From the NCBI RefSeq assembly GCF_018977255.1, contig NW_024704743.1:96784001-96848000 (forward strand): a stretch of DNA of 64,000 nt, in the 5' to 3' direction. Under the pieces are notes generated by a model, which saw nothing but the letters and a program-made list of their open reading frames with translations, had not been told where the DNA came from and ran no database searches. The position numbers were made by a program, and so were the translations under genes. The DNA comes from Callorhinchus milii. Its lineage: Eukaryota. Of the stretch, positions 45,901-59,360 are shown in pieces (the stretch's first letter is position 1; the number at the start of each line of letters is the position of its first letter).

Positions 45901-48506
45901 TAAAACGTCAACTGAATTGTGAGTTCTGGATGAAATTTAGGAAGTTAGCTTTGACCCGCCTACAGCCTTTCTACTAAATCAGTGTGAGACGCCTCTCCGA
46001 GGTGGTCTGGCAATTATTTTCTGGGAGAGGCTCACAAAACTTCAGTTATACAACTTCTGCAAGTTCACGCACTGTGACACTAAAACCGTATTGACCCAGT
46101 ACAAACTGACCCAGTATCACCAGTCCATAGGGCATCAGAAAGACACAAGCAGATTATAATCTGACTCCATTGCCGGTCTCTGTGTGGGGGTCCTCAGACA
46201 TCCGTTGGTGGAATAGTCTCGGTGCCATATAATGTTAATGGGGTTACAGGGGGAAGGCTGCGGCGCATTAATCCAGTTATAAAACTCCAAGTGACCACCT
46301 CATATGCATCGTCATCCAAAAGTAACTTAAAACAACAAAGCGGCTGGCAGGTGCTTTATCAAACTATCAGTCGGAAATGTTTCACCACAGATGGGGAATA
46401 GCCTCTATGGCTATTAATAGATTAATATCCCCCCCACCCCCACACACACACACACACACGCCAACGGTACGGAAACCAGAATGAACACCCACCCTCATAA
46501 AATCTAAACCTTTATGAAATAGTTTGCATACAAAACACTGATGCTAACCTTGAAATTAAATTCAGCACAAACCAAACCCAGTGCCCTCGCGGGCCTCCCC
46601 AGTCGTTGTAAAGTAAAATCGTTGCTGGGGGAGACTTGGCTACACAATAAATCGACACTGCGAGAGGGGTGCATGTGTTAGAGGGTAGACGAATCCCCCA
46701 GCATCCCCCCACTCCCCCCCTCCACCCCAGAGGAAAAAAACTCTCAAGGGATATTTTTATTTTACAAAGTAAATGAGGATATTGTCTCCGGGGGGAGGGA
46801 TATTGTGTCGCTTAGGGACACCAGAATTTCAGGACCGCAAACTTCCGACGTTTGGGAAACTCATATGACACACCGCTCTGGGGCTTTCGGTATGCTTTCC
46901 TGCTCTCTTTCGGGTAGGTTTATAGAGCAGTTGTCTCAAAATGCTATCACGGTTGGCACTGTTGATTTCTCAAACGGTAAGTAACGCACCTAATATAATC
47001 ATATGGTTCCAGAACTGAAGATCCAAGGCTCTGAATCCCTCACAGTGTCGTGAAGACATCCAGCCAAATATTTGTTGTTTCTGTTGATTCAAATGGTTGT
47101 CAGTCTGCTGCTTTGTAATAATAATAATAATAATCCTTGAATTTGATATAGCGCTGTTCACGTCTCCTGGACGTCGCAAAGCGCTTCACAGAATATGCTA
47201 TCAAGTGAATTGACTGTATATTTATATATAATATATATTATGTATATAATAGTGTCCAATGGGAGATTGCCTGTTCGGGGCTGTTAGTGAAAGCACTCCC
47301 TTCACTACAGTTGTGTCCAGATGAATTGCATGTGCGGATACCATTACAGCCTGGAGTCAGACACAGTCACCGCTGTGTGGCAACGGTGCCTTCAGACCAG
47401 ACACCCGATCACTTGGCCCACGTTAATTCTTATTATGCGCATCTCCAACAGTTACACTGCAAAAATAAAGTTACTGTTCTGTTAAGGGAATGGAGACTGG
47501 AGGTCTTGCGCCCACTGGAAGTCTATGTAATAGTAAGAAATGGCGATGGTAAAGCCAAGTCCTTTAATATAGAGAAAGGTTGCAACCAGACGTCTGGCTG
47601 TTGTTTGTGCAGAAGGGCAGCAGCGACCGAGGCCGATACGTGAGACGGGTGTGTGACTCCGGCTCCATTTCTACCTCCCACGATGGAGACAGACACCGAG
47701 GACCTTCTGAGAGGGCTGTTCAGGTGAAACCAACTTCACGATCCGCGAGAGGGTGAAACATTGACTGTCGAAACATTACGTAAAAAAAATACCTGAATAC
47801 GAGGACCGAATCCGTTTGTTTGTTACAGTGATTGCAAACTGTTGCACAACCGCACGTTTATGAACATATAATTTTGGAGGATTTTAGGCTATTTGCCAAC
47901 AAATGCACAACCGCTGCGCTATCCCGTGAAGCGCTTTGAGACGCTTTGACGACGTAATAAGGCGCTACAGAATATTAAATGATCGGATTATTATTATATT
48001 CGGAATTAAAGTACACATCGGAGGAAAGTGACATTAAAAAGCTTAGAATCAACTAAACTACAGTAAGATGAAGGTGCAGCATATCTTCAGATTTCTAAAC
48101 TGACCCTCGCTTTTGAAAACCTGGGACTATCGTCTGAACATTCAAACTGAAGCAGAATTTTAAGAAATACTTAAACCCTATTTTAATTCGGAACCGATTT
48201 AAGCACTGCGCTAATTATCTGATTACGACTATGTTGAGCAATTTACCTTAAATGCTGCACAATTTAAAAGTGTAAAACAATGGTTTTAAGGCTAAGATCG
48301 GGCCAAGAGGTATATCGGGTGTCTAACCTGTTTGTGGAGCAGGAATCTCCAACAGTACAGAAGTGAAGCCGTATTTCTTTATTCTGGGGGAAGCCTATAT
48401 ACAGGAGTATTACATTTCTAGTTAGATGCGACAATAGGTTATTTTCCTCACACTGGATTGTTGGTGTATTTTCAACTCACGGGACTTGTTCCCGAGAACA
48501 ACGTAG

Positions 48507-49114
48507 ATGGTACAATGTTCACAACCAAAAAGCCGTGAGAGTTTTAGTCTGATTCTTACTGAAACAAGGAACTCTGAATATTGACATTTTAGATCGGTGA
48601 TAAGGAAAACACACCATAGCAATTGATCACACGCCTGATCTGGGAATGTTATACTGCACTCAGCTCTCCGCCTCCAGTTTATAAATACGCAACTTACATT
48701 CAAGGAACAGCTCTTCATAATAAGGAGCGATTTGCTTCACTACGATGTGTTTTCTAACCAGATCTGCCTTGCTGAAAAACAACTGGTCATTATAAACAGA
48801 TCAATACATTCAGTGTAACACAAGCAGATAGACTCCGTGCTCTGTGCCTGGAGGTAGGTTTCATTGGGGTTCTGATCAATCAGGATTTTTCACACTCTAT
48901 AAGAACCACAGTTTCTAACTGAAGCAACATTAAAGAACCATTTAAACTTTGGTTTAAGTAACCAAAACAAATAAATAGCGCCTTCAAAAACGGGTCTTGG
49001 ATGCAAACATCGCATTAAAAACATGTATTTAGTATTCACCTTTAATTATCGTCTAGTCGGGGTATGGGATATGGATGGTACAAATTGAAAGAAACAACAA
49101 TGTCTCACGAATTA
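48507..49114 (+). repeat. Local direct duplication, copy 1
   Basis: Aligns with 50637-51229 in long identical runs, e.g. gaatattgacattttagatcggtgataaggaaaac and cacacgcctgatctgggaatgttatactgcactcagc. Confidence 0.95.
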
Positions 49115-49541
49115 CATGTTAGATGCAAATTAGCTGCAGATGTTGTACGAAACTCGCTGTAAAATCTAATCTAATAATTTCTGTATGAGAACAATAGTGC
49201 ACACAAGAGATTGCACCTCATCTGACGCAGTTTGAAAGAGCAAATACTTCTTTTTAAATATAGAATTGTGTGGAATATTTCTTAGTTTATCGTAAAGTTA
49301 CATTTAGCAGCACTGCTGTTGTGGCGACGTTTCTCCCCTTCTGGATACAACTATTGTGTCGAGAATGAAACCAAGATATTTATGAATAAAGAGGGAAGAT
49401 GTGTCATTTTGTACTCTACGCGTGCGCACCTCACACACCGAAACACTTCCCAAGGAAACTGTGCAGAACACATGAAGACGAATGTTGCACAATTGCATTA
49501 ATTAAGACTTGAAATACGCAGCGGATTTGAATAACGATTCG

Positions 49542-49586
49542 ATAGATAGAGAGATAAAGAGAGGGAGAGAGAGAGAGAGAGAGAGA
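49542..49586. repeat. (GA)n microsatellite (others: (CT)n 10329-10350; (TG)n 40807-40825, 43238-43255, 56311-56327; (CA)n 46441-46459)
   Basis: Directly visible. Confidence 0.85.
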
Positions 49587-50636
49587 CGCATTCTCCGTGT
49601 GGAATTGTTAAGGAAATTACAGTGCAATGAAAATGTCAGCCTCAGCCACACCTGAACTCTGAGGTATTCTTCAAAAAGTGTCTGCTGCAACAACGTGGTC
49701 TTTCAAGCGATCTAACTATTTTCTGGACTGTTAAGTATTGCTTTTACAAGGTGGTGCTCTGACTTCTCTCCACCTTCCCTGTTTCTTATTAATAAGGCCA
49801 GCAAGCCCTGGTTTGTATATTGCTGTGCTCCATTCACAATAGCGTCCAAAAGCTACAGGTTGTGTTCACTGTTACCCGCTCTCCACAATTGTACCAGCGA
49901 TTTTATAAAGTTACTACAATCTCGGTGCACCCCGTGCTATCTCCGAAATTTCCCGGAAATATATTTTCGAGCTTAAGATTAGACGTGTGTAAAGTATATT
50001 TCACTCTTTCCTTCAGCCCCTCGACTAACAGCAGTCTGGTTAAAGGTGGAAATCGCTTCGCTAACCCTGTGCTGGTAAGTATGATTCCCACAGCACTACA
50101 AAAAAAAAGGCGATAGCGTTTCAGTTTGAAACTGATATCCACAAACGGCAATACGGCCACGTATAATGGTCTGTAATAATTACTTTGTTATTATTACACG
50201 GCAGTTTTCATTGGGAAAGTGATCAGATGGAGTTGGGTAAATACGGGCTATATAGATAATGACCAGCTTGCAGGCAATAATGTCATTGATGTAAGTGTAC
50301 GAGAATGAAATCCGTTCAGCTATACACTACACACGCTTGGCAGGTTTATTTCGCTTTTGTACCGGATACACAATACTACAGTATTACTATACATCACAAG
50401 TTAGACAGTTGGTATAGATTATAAGGTGAATTGATTTAGGGTCACAGACCGACTTACCGGATAAATACACACACACAAGGGGAATGGTCGGGTACCATCC
50501 ACAACCGCCTAAACTGGAGTCCACAGTCTCAAGTAAGTTGGCTGAGAAAACTGTGATGTTCCCTATATCTGTGGTGTTACAACCTGCAACTGCGGGGCTC
50601 TGAGCTCTGAGCTCAGTCCTGTAATCTACGCGAGCC

Positions 50637-51229
50637 ATGGTACAATGTTTACAACAGAAGCTGTGAGAGTTTTAGACTGACTGTTACTGAAACAGGGAAC
50701 TCCGAATATTGACATTTTAGATCGGTGATAAGGAAAACGCACCATAGCAATTGTGCACACGCCTGATCTGGGAATGTTATACTGCACTCAGCGCTCCGCC
50801 TCCAGTTTATGCAATGTGTTTTCTAGCCAGATCTGCCTTGCTGAAACTCGGTTTATACGCCGAAAAGCAGCTGGTAATCTTGTTGTTGTTGTTGTTGGTC
50901 ATTGTAAACAGGTCAATGCATTCAGTGTAATACAAGCAGATAGACTCCGTGCTCTGTGCCTGAAGGTAGGTTTCACTGGGGTTCTGATCAATCGGGATGT
51001 TTCACACTCTGTAAGAACCGCAGTTTCTAACTGAAGCAACACTTGTGCGCCTGTACTGTTTCGTCTATGTTAAATAACCAAAACAAATAAATAGCGCCTC
51101 CAAAACGGGTCTTAGATGCAAACATCACATTAAAAATATGTATTTAGTATTCACCTTTAATTACCGTCTAATCGGGGTAGGGGTTATAGATGGTGCAAAT
51201 TGAAAGAAACAACAATGTCTCACAAATTA
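50637..51229 (+). repeat. Local direct duplication, copy 2
   Basis: Aligns with 48507-49114; differs by substitutions and three indel/replacement blocks. Confidence 0.95.
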
Positions 51230-53876
51230 TTCAGATGGCTTGAAAGTATTTTAGAAATGGAGTGCAATGCTACTGTCTTCTGAATGCAGTTTATTTCACA
51301 GAAACATAACCACAACTTGCATTTACATAACGCCATTCACGCAATATAGTGTCTCGTAGCGTTGTAAAATGCAACTCTATATAAGGGGCGATTGGTGGAA
51401 AGAATCAAAGGATAGCATATGAGAAAAACATTTCTTAACTGTGACCATGAACTCTATTTATTTCCATGGGCAGCTTGATCAGTGAACTAAATTGTCTGAA
51501 GCAGTTTCTGGTGGCAAATCTCCAAAGTCGCAAAGTAGCTCTGCATAAATGGAGCAGTTTAAATTCAATAGAAATGACAGCTTTTAATCCTGCCGCACAA
51601 ACTAATGACCGCAGTGATGTTACTCATGAAGTATTATGTGAAACCAACCCTTACCAATTACTCAGCTGAGAGTCTCTTCCTCTGAAGAGCAGCATCTATT
51701 AGGAAAATCGACTTTACAGTATACCATCAGTTGGGAGTAAGTGACGACTGTTTGTACCAAAGCATTACTGAAATAGTGCTCTTTGTTTGCCTAAATGCAT
51801 TCACTTGGTAACCAATGAGTTTAAAAGCGTTTTAACACACACCGGTAAACACAGAGCTGTGTTGTGTTAAACATGCCTCGACCTCTCACGCTTATGGAAC
51901 TGAGTCACGGTATGTAACACTACATGAACACATGCACACAGATGGATACTGTGCCTCTTCTCTTGACGAGATCAGACAGTAATAGGAGGACATCAGAAAT
52001 CTAACGATAGTCTTGTGTGCCTTATTGACACCCTAACACTTGTTCTATTCTCTCACACAGAACACTGCCATCTCATAAACCAAACTGCTCGACGTGTAGA
52101 AAATATAATTTCTGATACTAAAAGGAGCAATTTGTTCTCATACCTCCCCATCCTCCACCCTCCCCCCCCCGCCCGCCCCCACCACCACCCCACCACCACC
52201 ACCCCACGTCCTATATGCAAGTTGCACAAGTTGATATTGATAAGAACAGACCGCTTGAAGTCCAAGTAGCAGATCTTAGGGCTTCAGATGTCTGTGGGCG
52301 CGGCAGAGTCTGCAGAAACCGAGGAATGTGCAGTTGTGCTGAGAGGATATGCTGTTGGGAGGAGGCAGTCTGGTGCAGGTGGGTTCTCTAATCGCTAAAA
52401 GTTTGCAGATGTGTGAAGACCGTGTTAGGTTATCATTACTGAAAGCAACAGAACATGCTTGATATCTGTGAAACTGAACTCAAGAGTACTAAACAGAAAT
52501 CGTACCATCTAGAAAATGTCACTGTCATACAAGACGCAATGTGTTTGATCCTTTATATACAACCCGCACGCAAATATTAATATAAAGTCACAACTACAAG
52601 AATCCAGAGGTTAGCTAATGTGTATGAGATTTAACCAACCCCAGATGTGTCTGTGTAATGAATACATTTCCAGGGATTATACAATGAACCCTAAATAGTT
52701 GAACCTCGAAAATATGTAATGATGAGATCTGCCTATAATTTATAGTGCCCATCGTAGAAAAGGTTCAGTAAAAATACAAACATTGTGAATTCATATAACA
52801 CAAACATCAAACGCAGATACGTACATGATATTTATAACGTATAAGGAATCAATGAGACACTGAAATACTTTTTTTATTACATTATTATTTGAATAAGTCC
52901 CTTAAAATGTTTAAGGCTGAGCATAGAAATGTTGCTTCAATATCAAAATAAATTCATAGTTCCATTATGACAAATATAATGCCTCAAATAACATACAATT
53001 TATGTCTATTTTATACAGCATTGTGGTATTTTATTTGGTATTTTATAATATATTATTTTAGATTTAGTATTTGAGTTATTTGCATTCGGTAGAAGTTGGA
53101 CTAAATGTTAATGTCAGCTTGACTCATTTGATAGCCTCTGAGTAACATTTTGGATTCAATCCTACATTAATTAGAAGTTGTCAATGTTTAATCTGACACT
53201 TCAGTAGTAGTTCAGGACCTTTTGTTGGAGGTGCTGTTTTTCAGAAAGACGTTAAACTGAAGCACTTTGAGACGTCTAGAAGACGTGAAAAGCGCTATAT
53301 CAAATGCAAGGATTATTATTATTATAAACTGAGACCCTGTTTACCTGTTAGTTAGATGGATGTCAAAGACCCCATGAAACTACTTGACAAGAGAAGGAAC
53401 TTCCTCACAGTCTCCTGGTCAACAATTCCAATTGTCATAACTATTTGTAGGACCTTTTTGGCCAGACACATCACTTTAAAACCTTTCAAAGTGTTTCACA
53501 GATATTTTGTTCAACACGAGACAGTAATATAAAAGTACAATTTCTCTCTTGTTGATTAATTTGTGGCGAAACCAGTACACTTTTGATTCCTAAAGTGCAT
53601 TTTCATACATAGACCTATTGGTAGCATCATTTTCAACAGTACTTTCAGCATTATTTTCTATGAATTTTAGTGATTTAAGCACCCTTTCAATACGCATAGT
53701 TTCAAGTTTGAGGGTTTTAATGTTTTTAAAGCCAATCTAACCCCTGCTATTTCTAGCGTTTTACAATGCTCCCACCATTCTTATATTGGGTTGAATATCT
53801 GCCATGAGACCATCTCACAGTCCACCTTCACTCAGTTTTCCAAATTGTTTAGTTATTAAAGAATAAAGCCTATATA

Positions 53877-53994
53877 TATTTATTATATACATATATACAT
53901 AGACAGACAGACAGACAGACAGGCAGACAGACAGCCAGGCAGACAGACAGACAGACAGACAGGCTAGCAGGCAGGCAGCAGGCAGGTAGATAGA
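53877..53994. repeat. Compound (TA)n-(GACA)n-(GGCA)n microsatellite
   Basis: Directly visible. Confidence 0.9.
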
Positions 53995-54399
53995 TTCAAA
54001 ATATATAAAAGAGTAATCTGGTATTAGTAGAATTCGTGATGGGACTTTGTCATTTATGAAAACATAAACCTTAAGTGAATTGGTCTGCATAATTTACTCT
54101 TGCTCTTTGGACTTACATCAGAAGCCTGACATTTCTGATTGTCTTAGCTTGAAGAACGTTGTCTTAAAAAATAAGATTGTACAGAATTTGGGATACTTTT
54201 AAATTCAACTTTAATTTAATAAGTTTTTTTAAGAACTGAAGAAATATGTCTTCCAAATTGACTAAATTCAATAATTTTCCACATGTGTACAACTTGTAAT
54301 GTTAGTATACAGTACTATGTGGTTAAAGGAAAGAGCATAGAGACATTTCAAGCCTGAAATCTGTATTGATTTTTTTTAAGTGAACTATCAAGTACCACT

Positions 54400-56160
54400 T
54401 CATATCTTCCATATTTATCATTGTAATGTTTTACTTAATTTTAATTTATGTTCTGCAATCTTTTATTTTACATTACTTAGTAGTATGGTGACAGACTTTT
54501 TAAACTTAATTTTTTAAAGCAATTTATAATTATTCTATTTTATATTATACAGTGTTGAATTCCACTGTGTTTTTAGAATTGTATTGGTTTTACAATATTT
54601 TATTTGGATTTTTAGTATTACTATATTTATTTCAATTTGTATGGCATTTTTATGTTACACTAATTATTTTGTATTTTATGGTGATTGACCATTTTACTTG
54701 ATTATAAATTATTTTATATAATAATATATGCCATACTATCTACAATATTTTAATTACAATAATTTATTATTACACTATTTTACTTTATTTTAATACTATT
54801 TGATAGATAAGGTGCAATATCAAATGCAAGGATTATTACTATAGTATTTAAGTTTATACATATTTTAGCGTTATTATTTCTCTTTATATTATAGAACTTC
54901 ATCTGATTATCTCTTGCTTTAACTCTTTCATTCCAAGGATTTTATTCATACTTGCTTCTTTCCTCCCTCATACCATCCATCGGCTTTTAAATCTCATTAT
55001 ATAATAATAATAATACTTGCATTTGATATAGCGCTTTTCATGTCGGGAGGATGTCCCAAAGTGCTTCACAGAACACACTGTAAAGTAAATTGACTGTATA
55101 TTTGTGGGCGAACGCGGCAGCCAATTGTGCACAGCAATGTCCCACAAACAGTCGTAGATTGAAAATGACCAATTTTATTATATTGTTTTTGGTTTTGGAG
55201 GGATTATTATTAGGTGTGTGGAGTAAGGAAACTTGCCCAAAGTTTCGCCCTGTCTGGAATGGAACTCAGGTCTCTCGCTTGCAAAGCGAGTGCTCTAACC
55301 ACTGAGCTGCAGGACTCCACTAGAAAGTATATAACTACTGCACTTTATTTCCTCAGTCTTAGTAACACGATGCACTATGGACTTTATTTAAATTTCTCAT
55401 TTCTCATTTTTTAAATGTTAAATAGTATTCAGATTACATTACCTTATAATTTACAATGTTGTATTGTATATTGAACCATATTTCACAGAACACTTTTTGT
55501 CTTTATGTAACATTTTAATATCATACCATTTACATTATTCAAATTGTTTTACTTATGTAACATTTATTTTATACAATATTTTCGACAGCTGTATCTTATT
55601 TTATTTCCACAATATTTTGAATTAATTTATTTATATTTGGATTAATATTACAGCAATTTATTTTATACCTTACTTGATATTACTCTTTTATGGTATTCTG
55701 GTATTTTATTGTTATAGTATCTTATGCTGGACTGCTTTGCATTATGTTATACATTTATTTAAATTGTAGTTTATATATTTTAATATAATGCAAGTATCAA
55801 ATATGAAACTATTTAATTTTTTGCAATCATCTGCATTATTTAATTTTAGTATTGAATTGTTATGATGGATATGGTATTTTTGGGGTTCACATATCATTAT
55901 AATGTATATAAAACAAAACATTTTTCGTTTTCTCTTATGCTCATATTTTGAGCTCCACATTTCATTCAATCATAATTTGAGTATTGTAAATTACATAAGG
56001 ATGTTTATCTTATACAGTGTTTATTGTTTTACATCCATATATTTTGAATAATATTTTAGTACAGTATTCAATTTTATTTTATCCTTTACATTGTTTTGGT
56101 ATTAGTGTCACAGGTTAGATACTAGTTATTTTATTTATTTATACTAGATTTTACTTATTT
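54400..56160. repeat. AT-rich, T-skewed low-complexity tract containing a SINE
   Basis: Dominated by tttat/attt/ttac words; very few CpG outside the SINE. Confidence 0.7.
55001..55318 (-). mobile_element. tRNA-Ala-derived SINE, short variant
   Basis: Nearly identical to 17629-17943. Confidence 0.9.
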
Positions 56161-56313
56161 TTCATCCAAAAATTGAAGCCCACTTTCCATTTGAAATGCA
56201 AACCTGAAAACCTGAGGGAATTAATAATAATAATAATAATTCAGTGCTTCAGAAGTGACCGGTTTCTTCGTGTAAATACAAGTATCTGGACATTCCTGCT
56301 TGTACAAGCTTGT

Positions 56314-56344
<31 letters not shown>

Positions 56345-57617
56345 GGGGAGGTGGGAGGGGGGAGCACATCTGTTTACATCAAAATCATTTCAAAAATTTT
56401 GCTCTCCCGACCTATTCAACCTGGAGAAGTGGAATGAAGAAGGTATATGTTTTATTAATTCAGAGATCTGTGGAATTAAATGGGATACTTTATCACGACA
56501 AACTGTAAGTGTTTTGGACCAGATTTCTTCATGTTTCCCCTGAATCAGCTCATCTCTGGTTTGGCTGCTCTGCTCACCTACAAAAGTAACTTCTCCATTG
56601 TGCGCATTTGGCCCTGAGCTTGATTCTAAACCATTGGCAATCCCAGGCAAATATGCCAAACGTGGTTAGTGACATCTAGTGGACAAACTAAAGTACAATC
56701 AGGCCACTGCTACTCAACTCCAGATGTTTTGTTGGAAATCCGATTAGAGTATTTGATTAAAATAATCCTTGCATTTGATATAGCAAATAGTTGTTGTTGT
56801 AGCGCTTTTCATGTCTTCGAGACGTCTCAAAGTGCTTCACAGAATATACTGTAAAGTGAATGACTGTATGTTTAACACTATATACTACATATTAACCCTA
56901 ACGTTAAAACTTTAAAACATAGTGTTATCAAGAGTTCCATATAATTCTTTTCACTTAACAAATGGTTAATATTTCCATGTTTAGGTTGAGCTAAAACGAG
57001 GCATGTGGCAATGATTCAGGATTGAAGAAAAAACAAATGAAGATTTTTTTTATTCAGAGATTGCTAAATGCAGTGGGAATCTATTTCTAAGTTCTTATAA
57101 TTCAACTTGATTTAAACGAATGGAAAAATTCTCAATACAATACAAATATAAATGACCTCCGATTTTCACTGTCTGTGATACTATTGCACAGTCTCTCTCA
57201 CTTCCTATCTTCACTTTTCAACTGAATTCTCCTTGTCATATTAACCAGATAGCTCATATTCTTCAGTTTCTTGTGGGCAGTAAGCCTTTCTCCTAACTGA
57301 AACTAAATCATATTTTTATGCAGTACAAAGTGGACTTCAGTAAGAGTTTTTCTTTGTGCGAGAAATGTACTTCAAGCTGCTATGGGAATAAAAATAACAG
57401 GGATAACAAAACCTCAGTTGCAAATATGTACATATGTTTTGATGATTTAATATTATATTGCTAAACAGTCCTTAAAAATAATGTATTAGTCGTGCAATTT
57501 TCTTGGTAATGTCTGCAGATGTATAACCTGAAAATTGCCAACATGGGAGTGAATACACTGGAAAATTTGTCCAGGGGGAATTGCAACAGGCTTACCAAAA
57601 TAAACCCATTGCCAATG

Positions 57618-58012
57618 GATCAGTGGGTAAGTGTACCACGTGCTATGGTACTGAGCCATTGGGACCAAAGAGACTTAACTTTAATCCCTGGTGTTTCCTG
57701 AGTTAAGTGATGTCATCTGAGGTGGTGGTGGAAAACTCCAATTGCCTCAATGACCCTGGGCTACGGAGAGAGGGGGGAATTGGCCAGGATTCTCACTCTG
57801 ATGACTGCTGTTCAGTAACTCCTGCTGAAAAATGCATGTGTGTGAAAGTCTGATGAGGACATGATCGGGTTTGGCTGTGATACTCCTTCAGTTGAATAGC
57901 CTGTTGACACTGTAAAAGTTCACACATGAAAAATGGCCACTTGGGTGAAGTAATGAGGCCTGCCAGTGCCCATGGAACCATAACCTTGTATGAGTCACCG
58001 CTTTCAGGAGAG
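57618..58012 (+). mobile_element. Ancient SINE-like interspersed repeat of a different family (other copies ~28783-28965 +, ~21160-21360 -)
   Basis: Shared blocks gagttaagtgatgtc/gggttagctgatctc, ctgctgaaaaatgcatgtgtgtgaa/ttgctgggaagtgtgcgtgtaaa and aatggccacttggg/aatagccacttggg. Confidence 0.55.
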
Positions 58013-58759
58013 GAAAAAGCAAGGCAGAGAATTGAAAGAAAGAAAAACATTTGCTTTACAGAAGCTGTTTATCTCATGAAATGTATTTTGGAGCAGAGCT
58101 TAACCCAAAAAAACTTAGTGACGATTGACCAGCTTAGATTTTTATTCTTCCATATTGTACTGCATATTTATAGCCAAATGAATCTGAAGGTGATTTTATT
58201 GCCATTACACCACAGTAAAAGGAGAATTCTTCAAAATAAATCACAGATGATAGTCCATCTATATTCAGCATGTTGGGGATAATGGCAACAGTTACTTTGA
58301 GCACAATGAAAACAAATAACTACTTTTGTGTACGATGATTTCTACTGAAAACATGTCATGTAGCTAAATATGTTATATGTTCACTAAGATTTCTTTATAA
58401 CTTTATAAACTAAGATTTTCAAATTTTACCGCAATGGATCTAGTTTAATACCATTCTGGAGTCAGACAAAAATGAGTTATTGGTATCCTCTCTCTATACA
58501 TTCTACGTATAATTTTATTTAAAAAAAATAAAGTGAGTGTCCCCGGCAGGTTGTGCAGAACACCACCAAGTTTGGAAAGATCCAAACAGTTTTTATCAGT
58601 GGATTTTTCTGCTCATATACACTGAGCATTCAGGCTTCCCAGCTACTCAAAACACACTGTGTATGAGACCACCATACATACCACGCCATGAATTGCCTGT
58701 TTGCTGCCTTTTGGAATATAGTCTGGCTAGAATGCATTATACTTACTGATAAGGCCAAC

Positions 58760-58973
58760 ATATAGCACCTTATCATGTTGTTGAGACGTCTCAAAGTGTT
58801 TCACAGAATATATTGTAAAGTGTATTCACTGTGTACTTTGTGGGCGAAATGAGGTAGCCAATTGTACACAGCAGTGTTCACAAACAGTCATAGATTGAGT
58901 GACCCAAAAAAAATTTTTTCGAGGCGTTATTACCCTGGGAAAGCCATCCACCGATTGACTAGCAACTGGGTTC
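58760..58973 (-). mobile_element. Truncated copy of the SINE (long variant)
   Basis: Matches the body of 14240-14607, including gactagcaactgggttc. Confidence 0.75.
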
Positions 58974-59204
58974 AATTGAGTACAATGACTTTTTATTTGG
59001 AGGTGAATGCTGAAAAAGCATTTAATTGCCTAGTGCAGAAATCACTCACTTTGATGAGCAGAATATTCACCAAAATACAACGATTAGATGTATAACCCGC
59101 CTGCAAACATCTTACACAATAGATAATTTTTTTTACCAAAGACTTTCTTCAGTTTTTTTTCTATAGGGAATCTTCTTTAACAGAAAGTTTAACAGAAGGC
59201 TCAA

Positions 59205-59360
59205 CAATGCCAACTCCCTGCTTGTTGGCCATCCCAACCTTTCCCTCCAAAAGCTGCAAGATCATCCAGACCTCTGCAGCTTGTGTCCTCTCCTGCACCA
59301 GCCTCCATGACCCCATCACACCAACCCTCACCTGGCTCCACCGGCTCCTCATCCCTCCGA
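59205..59360 (+). mobile_element. Internal L2 fragment
   Basis: Translates as IIQTSAACVLSCTSLHDPITPTLTWLHRL. Confidence 0.7.
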
